Shown here: piece by piece, positions 14,920 through 20,970 of the stretch
Numbering within the stretch: the stretch's first letter is position 1
Layout: the number at the start of each line of letters is the position of its first letter
DNA from: Candidatus Diapherotrites archaeon CG10_big_fil_rev_8_21_14_0_10_31_34
GTDB taxonomy: Archaea; Iainarchaeota; Iainarchaeia; Iainarchaeales; 1-14-0-10-31-34
Direction: 5' to 3'
NCBI GenBank assembly: GCA_002763225.1
Contig: PFAI01000002.1
Span: 8,695-29,664, forward strand
Length of the DNA: 20,970 nucleotides
The notes under the pieces: model-generated
Databases searched by the model: none
The model's input: the letters and a program-made list of their open reading frames with translations, nothing else
What the model was told of the DNA's origin: nothing
Translations under genes and position numbers: made by a program

Positions 14920-17073
14920 ATGGATGTAATTCAAAAAGTAAAAGAACTGAATTCAGTGGAATTTAATCCAATGCAGTTAAAGGCATTAGAACAAGGGTTA
15001 TTTGATTCAAACGTAATTATTTCTTCTCCTACTGCTTCAGGCAAAACACTGGTTTCAGAAATCACTGCAATCAATTCAATTATAAACAAAAAAAAGAAAG
15101 TGATTTATGCCTGTCCATTGAAAGCCCTTGCATCAGAGCATTTTAATGAATTCAAGTCAAAGTATTCAAAAGAATTAAACATTAAGGCAACTATTTCAAC
15201 AGGAGACTTTGATTCTTCTTCAAAGTATCTGCAGAATTATGATATTATTTTTACTACTTATGAAAAAACTGAATCTCTTTTAAGACATAAAGCTGAATGG
15301 CTTTCTTTAATCGGTTTATTGGTTGTCGATGAAATTCATGAAATTGATTCTGACAGAGGGCCAACAATAGAAATAATGATAACCAAATTACTTTTATTAA
15401 ACCCAAAAATGCAGGTTTTGGGGTTAAGTGCAACTATTCCAAATGCAAAAGAATTAGCTAAATGGCTTAAAGCAAAATTAATTGAAAGTTCTTTCCGCCC
15501 TGTTAAATTAAATGAAGGAGTTTTTTTTGAAAACAAAATTCATTTTTTGAGATGCAAGGAAAAAATTGAAGACAAAAATGATTCAGTTATATCTCTTTCA
15601 TTGGATGCAATAAAAAAAGGAAAACAATCATTGGTTTTCTGCAATACTCGTCCAAGTTCAATTGCAACAGCAAAAAAACTGGCAAAAACCGTTGAAAAGA
15701 ATCTTTTAGAAAAGGAAAGAAAGTTTTTGTCTCAGAAATCTGATGAAATTCTTAATGCCCTTGAAAACCCCACTGAACAATGCAGAATTCTTGCTAATTT
15801 AGTTAAGTCTGGTGTTGCTTTCCATAATGCTGGAATGCTTTCAAAACAAAGGACTATTGTAGAGGATTTATTCAGAAAAAGGCTTTTGAAGGTTGTTTCT
15901 GCCACGAGTTCTTTGGCTGCCGGAATTAACATGCCTGCATTTAGAGTAATCATTCCATCTGTTTTCAGGTATACTGCTTCAGGAATGCAGAAAATTCCAG
16001 TTAGGGAATACAAGCAGATGGCAGGGCGTGGAGGACGCCCTTCTTTTGATACTTCAGGGGAAAGCGTTTTGATTGCAGGAAATGAATTTGAAGCAGATGA
16101 ATTAAAAGAAGAATTTATTTTAGGAGACATTGAAGACGTTTCTTCTAAACTGGGAATTGAGCCTGTTTTAAGAACTCATGTTTTGGCTGCAATTGCCACT
16201 GGATTTGCTTTTGACTTGGAGTCTTTAGAAAAGTTTTTTTCCAAGACATTTTATGCATATCAATTTGATGGATTAGAAGAAATTTTTATGAAAATCAATT
16301 CTGTTTTAAGAGAACTGCAGGAAATGAATTTCATTAAAGGAGACGACAAAAGTTTTAAGCCAACCCCTCTTGGAAAAAGAATTGCAGAACTTTATCTGGA
16401 CCCATTATCTGCTAAACTGATTTTGGATTCACTTAAAAAACCTTTAACTGATTTTTCTTTTTTGTTTTTGTTGTGTTCTTCTTTTGAATTTTATCCATTG
16501 TTTTCTGTTCCAAAGTCAAGGGAAGCTGATTTATGGGCGCAAATTAATATTGAATCACAGAATTTGCCGATTGATTTAGAACAAGAAATGTTTTCTGATG
16601 TTTCTTTAATTAAAAAATATAATTCTGCTTTGCTTTTGCAGAAATGGATTAATGAATTTCCAGAAGACTCTTTAAGAAAAGAATTTAATGTTCAGCCAGG
16701 CATTCTTCATTCAAAGCTAATGATTGCTGACTGGTTATTATATTGTTTTTCTGAGTTAGCGTTAATTTCAGGAAACAAAAATTTTGTTTCAGTCATTTCA
16801 AAATTGAGGAAAAGAATAAAGTACGGGGTAAGAGAAGAATTACTGCATTTAACTGAACTAAAGGGAATTGGAAGAGTGAGAGCAAGAAAATTATTTAATT
16901 CAAATTTAACTTCAGTTTCTTTAATTAAAAAAACTGAATTAAATTCTCTTGCAGGAATTCTTGGAAAAGAAACTGCTTTTAAAATAAAAAAGCAGTTAGG
17001 GCAGGTTTCACAAAAAGAACTTGAATCAGTTAAAGAAACCTTTTCAGAGCAGACAAGCCTGGATTCTTTCTGA
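14920..17073 (+). CDS. hel308: Ski2-like DEAD/DEAH helicase Hel308 (Hjm)
   Basis: Q motif FNPMQ, SPTASGKT, PLKALA, VVDEIH, GLSATIPNA, QMAGRGGRP, winged-helix PTPLGKRIAELYLDP and HhH LKGIGRVRARKLF. The start is most likely ATG 14920; the Phe-rich extension from 14842 looks like intergenic T-tract. Confidence 0.93.
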   Translation: MDVIQKVKELNSVEFNPMQLKALEQGLFDSNVIISSPTASGKTLVSEITAINSIINKKKKVIYACPLKALASEHFNEFKSKYSKELNIKATISTGDFDSSSKYLQNYDIIFTTYEKTESLLRHKAEWLSLIGLLVVDEIHEIDSDRGPTIEIMITKLLLLNPKMQVLGLSATIPNAKELAKWLKAKLIESSFRPVKLNEGVFFENKIHFLRCKEKIEDKNDSVISLSLDAIKKGKQSLVFCNTRPSSIATAKKLAKTVEKNLLEKERKFLSQKSDEILNALENPTEQCRILANLVKSGVAFHNAGMLSKQRTIVEDLFRKRLLKVVSATSSLAAGINMPAFRVIIPSVFRYTASGMQKIPVREYKQMAGRGGRPSFDTSGESVLIAGNEFEADELKEEFILGDIEDVSSKLGIEPVLRTHVLAAIATGFAFDLESLEKFFSKTFYAYQFDGLEEIFMKINSVLRELQEMNFIKGDDKSFKPTPLGKRIAELYLDPLSAKLILDSLKKPLTDFSFLFLLCSSFEFYPLFSVPKSREADLWAQINIESQNLPIDLEQEMFSDVSLIKKYNSALLLQKWINEFPEDSLRKEFNVQPGILHSKLMIADWLLYCFSELALISGNKNFVSVISKLRKRIKYGVREELLHLTELKGIGRVRARKLFNSNLTSVSLIKKTELNSLAGILGKETAFKIKKQLGQVSQKELESVKETFSEQTSLDSF

Positions 17074-17132
17074 TTTTCAAACTTTTTCTTTATTGCATAA
17101 TTATATAAATTCCTGATTCGTATTGTTTTTTT

Positions 17133-17939
17133 ATGCCTGGAAAAAAATATAGGTCCTTACAAAAGTCTAAAATAAAAACGAGTTTTGCAGACATGTCTAA
17201 AGCAAAGGCTCCGGTAATCACTCAAAAAGGGATGTCTCCTGAAAACAGGGCTAAAACAATAAATCAAAGACTAAAATTTATTACTGACTTAATTGAAACT
17301 GGGAAAAGTGATTTAAACCCCAATATTGTGTTAAACAAAAAAGGTTTTTTTGATTCTCTTGATATTGCAGGAAATTCTATTAAACTGCCGGAAAAAACAA
17401 AAGAAATTATCTGGAAAAAATTTATTTGGTTTATTAATGCTCCCGGAGTAAAAAAAACAAATTTGTCTGTTGAACAAAAACAAAAAATTTTTTCTCATGC
17501 AGCTAATTTTTTTTGGAAAAGAATTATTCGCAGTAAAACAAATGCAGAAAAATTAACTCCTGGTTTTGCAGACCTTAGAAAGTCTCTTGGAAAAAATTTT
17601 TCTGATGTGCATGAAACTGATTTTCCCAGTTCAACTTTTTTTCAGAGATTATTTTATGAAATGGTTGGAAAGCCTGTTCCAGGACAAAAAACCAAGAAAA
17701 CAATAAACTCAGGAAAAAAAGTGATGGTAAACAAAATTACTATTGATAACAAGGTTATTTTTGAATTGGCTAAAACCTTGAATGCAGAACAAATTGCAAA
17801 AAGATTAGGTGCAGATTTAAGAAAGGTAGTTTACAAAAAAGGAGGGAAAAACTTAGTCGGGTTTGTTGCAGTTCAGGCAATAATTGCTGATGCCGGGAAA
17901 CTGAAACGAATAACTGCTGATGCCGGGAAAATAAACTGA
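17133..17939 (+). CDS. Basic hypothetical protein (MP-start), possible C-terminal HTH
   Basis: 268 aa, Lys-rich. TTATATAA at 17101-17108 lies ~25 nt before the ATG, as expected for a leaderless transcript. IFELAKTLNAEQIAKRLG is HTH-like. Confidence 0.75.
   Translation: MPGKKYRSLQKSKIKTSFADMSKAKAPVITQKGMSPENRAKTINQRLKFITDLIETGKSDLNPNIVLNKKGFFDSLDIAGNSIKLPEKTKEIIWKKFIWFINAPGVKKTNLSVEQKQKIFSHAANFFWKRIIRSKTNAEKLTPGFADLRKSLGKNFSDVHETDFPSSTFFQRLFYEMVGKPVPGQKTKKTINSGKKVMVNKITIDNKVIFELAKTLNAEQIAKRLGADLRKVVYKKGGKNLVGFVAVQAIIADAGKLKRITADAGKIN
17879..17930 (+). repeat. Tandem 22-nt direct repeat (30-nt period) at the gene 3' end
   Basis: AATAATTGCTGATGCCGGGAAA (17879-17900) versus AATAACTGCTGATGCCGGGAAA (17909-17930), 21/22 identical. 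Confidence 0.85.
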
Positions 17940-18091
17940 TTTTTTGGTTAAACCTGAAGTTCCTTGGAATTAAATTGTTTTTTCACTGGCTTTTTTCCCT
18001 TAAATTCAATTGTTTTTCCATTAGCTTTTTATACCTAAAACTTCTATTTATTTAGTTGTTTAAACTTTAATTAAAATAAAAAGGGAATTTA

Positions 18092-20572
18092 ATGTTAAAG
18101 AAAAGTGTTTTGTTGGTTTTATTCATATTTTTGTTATCTAATTCATTTTCTTACAAGCTTTCTGATTTTACTTGCACTAATTTAGTTGCTGGAATGGAAT
18201 TTGATGAATCATTTGCAGAAGATGTAGTTGTTGTTTGTCCTGGAACTTTTAATCTTTCTGGCGGAATAACTCTTGCAAAAGAAAACCTTGTTTTTGATTG
18301 TGGTTTAGGAGCCACTATTGAAAAGCGTGGTTTAGCAGGACTTTCTAAAGGAATTGTAATTAAAGACAAAAAAAACATTACAGTAAAAAACTGTGCAATA
18401 AAAGGTTTTGGAACAGGCATTTTTACAAGCCATTCGTGGTTTAATTTGATTAATAATACTGTTACTCAAAACCGCATGGGGATTCATGTAAGGAAACTGA
18501 CAGTTGAGGCATTTTATTCTGCTGAAATAATAGACAATACTGTAAATGATAATATTCAACAAGGTATTGTTTTATCTGCTGGTGTTAGAGGAGCTCATCT
18601 TGCCGGCAACACTATAAACAATAATGGAACTCACGGAATTGACGCACAAGGAATTGGATCGTTTACATTTGAAAATAACATTATAACTAATAATAAAGAA
18701 CAAGGAATTCTTTTAAATGGTGCTTTAGGAGGAAACTTAACAAGCAATACAGTTGAAGGGAATTCAAAATATGGTTTTAAAATATTTAACAATTCTAATG
18801 ATGTTCTTGTTAGAAACAATACTCTAAAAAATAATATTGAAGGAGGAATTTTTGTTGACTCTGAAAACATCAGGTTTTCTAATAATATTGTTGAAAGCAA
18901 TCCAGTTGGATTAAAGATTGAAACTAATGCTACTGATTTGCTTCTTTCAGAAAATCAATTTTGTAATAATACTACAGTAGATATTAGTTGTTATAGTGCA
19001 GGCCCAACTACTTTTTCAAATGATTCATATGATTTACTAGAAGAAAATGGCTGCACTTTTGTGAATAAAGAAACAACAATAAGTTGTGCTGCAGCAAGTG
19101 AACCTCCCTCCCCAGTTAACGGGGATTTAATTGGATTAGATCCAGATTTTTATGCTAAAGAAGTTGATGGTTCAAAAACAACTTTTACTTTGGCTTCAGG
19201 AAACGTTTATTTTTATTCAACCAGCATTTCTGTGGTTGCTTCTCCGGAAGAATTAGATTCCATGGATTATTTTATTAAAATTCCTGTTGGAACCATTTTA
19301 ATGCCCTGCAATGAAGAAGGCTGTGTTTTTTCTGAAGCATCCCCTCCTAATTCAGTTGAATTTACTTCTTCTGTTTCAGGAATAATTTTGGATGGAGGAA
19401 CAATTGATTTAACTGGTTCAAATATTAATGCGCTTCATTTAGTAATTCAAGGAGATTTAACTTCAGCTTCAAATAAAACAGGAACAATTCTTGCTTCAGG
19501 AAAAAACGGAAGCAACGGAACAAGAAAAAATTGTTTTACCAGTGCAGGAGAAAATGCAGGAACTTCCGGAAACATTGCTGTCAGGGGAACTGTTTTTGTT
19601 TTGGATTCTTCTGTTTTAATTTTTAATTCAAGTGGAGCAAAAGGAGGAAACGGAGTTAATGGAATTGTTGAATTTGATTGCTCTCGCCCTAATGGAACAA
19701 ACGGAGGAAACGGAGCCAAAGGAGGAAACATTGAATTAGAAAAACTGAATCTTTCAAGGAATTCAGGCCAGGCAAAATTTTTGTCTGACGGCGGAAACGG
19801 AGGAACCAGAGGAACAGGAACCGATTATTTTAATTCTGATGGAACTAGCGCAGGAACAGGCTCTGATGGAATTAATGGTTTAGGCCAGAGCGCAGGAAAT
19901 TCAATTTCAGTTAAACAACTAATTATTTCCGGAGACAATCCGCTTCCTTTAACCCAGCCAAAATTATTTTTTTCCGGATTTAAATCCGAAGTAAATCCTG
20001 CTTCTAATGCAGTTGATTCAACTGCATTAATTAATGGGTGTGACCTTGAAACAAAATTAATTATAGCTGAATGCAAGCTAAAAGACTTGCAGATTGGAGC
20101 AAATGATGTAATTGAATTTATGGCTTCTCCTGCATCAAACATTAATGTTAATTGTGTTTTGCCCAGAACAAAAGTAACCCCAAAAATAAACTGTAGTTGT
20201 TATTCCGGTTCTTTAGAAGAAACTGAAATGATTTTTTCTTTAACCGGAACAGCAAAATCTTTTTCAGGAGACAATCTTTCAGGAACTTTTAAAAATTTTA
20301 GTTTATTAAAAGAAATTATTGCTTCAGGTGAAAGTTCAACACAAGAAATTTTATCTGATTCTCAATCTCATGATTTTTCTAATGGTTTTTTTAATTTTTC
20401 TTTTGGAAAAGGACAAACTTTTTTTCCTTCTTTAGGTTCTCTGGCTTTTAATACAAGATATTTGCTTGATTTTATGGTTAATGCAATGGTTAATTCAGTT
20501 GAATTAAGTTCTGATTCCAGAGGAGAATTCAAGCTGTCAACCGGAGAAGAAACAGAAGAGGCATGTGGTTGA
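18092..20572 (+). CDS. Secreted surface protein: right-handed parallel beta-helix (NosD/CASH-like) plus Gly-rich region
   Basis: Signal peptide MLKKSVLLVLFIFLLSNSFS, repeated NxxxxN..GI.L units (NNTVTQNRMGIHV, NTINNNGTHGID, NIITNNKEQGILL), a Pro linker (EPPSP), Gly-rich GAKGGNG/GGNGGTRG repeats and many Cys. Confidence 0.85.
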   Translation: MLKKSVLLVLFIFLLSNSFSYKLSDFTCTNLVAGMEFDESFAEDVVVVCPGTFNLSGGITLAKENLVFDCGLGATIEKRGLAGLSKGIVIKDKKNITVKNCAIKGFGTGIFTSHSWFNLINNTVTQNRMGIHVRKLTVEAFYSAEIIDNTVNDNIQQGIVLSAGVRGAHLAGNTINNNGTHGIDAQGIGSFTFENNIITNNKEQGILLNGALGGNLTSNTVEGNSKYGFKIFNNSNDVLVRNNTLKNNIEGGIFVDSENIRFSNNIVESNPVGLKIETNATDLLLSENQFCNNTTVDISCYSAGPTTFSNDSYDLLEENGCTFVNKETTISCAAASEPPSPVNGDLIGLDPDFYAKEVDGSKTTFTLASGNVYFYSTSISVVASPEELDSMDYFIKIPVGTILMPCNEEGCVFSEASPPNSVEFTSSVSGIILDGGTIDLTGSNINALHLVIQGDLTSASNKTGTILASGKNGSNGTRKNCFTSAGENAGTSGNIAVRGTVFVLDSSVLIFNSSGAKGGNGVNGIVEFDCSRPNGTNGGNGAKGGNIELEKLNLSRNSGQAKFLSDGGNGGTRGTGTDYFNSDGTSAGTGSDGINGLGQSAGNSISVKQLIISGDNPLPLTQPKLFFSGFKSEVNPASNAVDSTALINGCDLETKLIIAECKLKDLQIGANDVIEFMASPASNINVNCVLPRTKVTPKINCSCYSGSLEETEMIFSLTGTAKSFSGDNLSGTFKNFSLLKEIIASGESSTQEILSDSQSHDFSNGFFNFSFGKGQTFFPSLGSLAFNTRYLLDFMVNAMVNSVELSSDSRGEFKLSTGEETEEACG

Positions 20573-20573
20573 A

Positions 20574-20970
20574 ATGAAGAAATTAGTTTTATTGTTTGTA
20601 TTGTTTTTTTGTTCAAGTGTTTTTTCTTCTATTTCAGGAATTGCTTGGACAACCATTGATACTGATAAAATTGATTTTGAAATAAACTCAATTGACAATT
20701 CTTTTACTTTAACTATTTTGTCTGGCCAGGAAGTTACAGCTTCTGCTAATGAAATTAAAGGAACAGGAATTTATGACAAGTATTATTTGAAGTTAATGGA
20801 TGGAGCCAGACTATTGAATAAAGAAAACGAAATTCTGAAAATTGCTTCAAATATAACTGTTTTAATGCAGGGCTCTGATTTAAGTCCTTCAGTAATTCAT
20901 TCAAGAAACAAAAACCTGACTATTGACGGAAACCTTGAAATCACCGGCTATTCAATTATTTCCACTTCAG
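20574..20970 (+). CDS. Secreted protein (partial, runs off the right edge)
   Basis: Not in the ORF track. The ATG lies 1 nt after the previous stop and the frame is open to the window end: MKKLVLLFVLFFCSSVFSSISGIAWTTIDTDKIDFEINSIDNSFTLTILSGQEVTASANEIKG...LTIDGNLEITGYSIISTS. Clear signal peptide. Confidence 0.8.
   Translation, partial: MKKLVLLFVLFFCSSVFSSISGIAWTTIDTDKIDFEINSIDNSFTLTILSGQEVTASANEIKGTGIYDKYYLKLMDGARLLNKENEILKIASNITVLMQGSDLSPSVIHSRNKNLTIDGNLEITGYSIISTS

Noticed and set aside
17879..17930. CRISPR mini-array
   Set aside because: Only two units with an 8-nt gap, in frame within a CDS, and no cas genes nearby.
2658..20616. Short antisense or overlapping track ORFs (2658, 7185, 9701, 10789, 11197, 12111, 12930, 13263, 14138, 15336, 15732, 18151-20616)
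   Set aside because: All lie opposite well-supported genes and show no motifs.

Overview
Low-GC archaeal chromosomal DNA, with GGTGA-type ribosome-binding sites, TATA-like promoters, and genes for proteasome beta, aCPSF1/FttA, archaeal NAC and Hel308. Gene content and the many orphan Lys-rich or secreted proteins suggest a DPANN lineage (inference, not proven). The left block (1-6450) is accessory. It holds an HPr-kinase-related P-loop kinase (missed by the ORF track, runs off the left edge) and an NTP_transf_5-type nucleotidyltransferase, a pair known from lasso-peptide/PqqD-type RiPP clusters. These are divergent from a GT4 glycosyltransferase and two tandem GT-C-like membrane paralogues, followed by a 37-aa four-Cys peptide gene with its own promoter. 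The middle is mostly housekeeping: aCPSF1, psmB, SpoIIM-like, FKBP PPIase, NAC and Hel308. NAC is flanked by two paralogous basic 'MP-start' orphan genes, one broken by a single in-frame TAA. A ~145-nt, ~51% GC multi-hairpin non-coding element lies between convergent genes at 14543-14686, and a short dispersed palindromic repeat occurs three times. The right end encodes tandem secreted surface proteins (beta-helix plus Gly-rich region). No tRNA, rRNA, CRISPR array or transposase was seen. All calls come from manual motif reading; no database searches were run.
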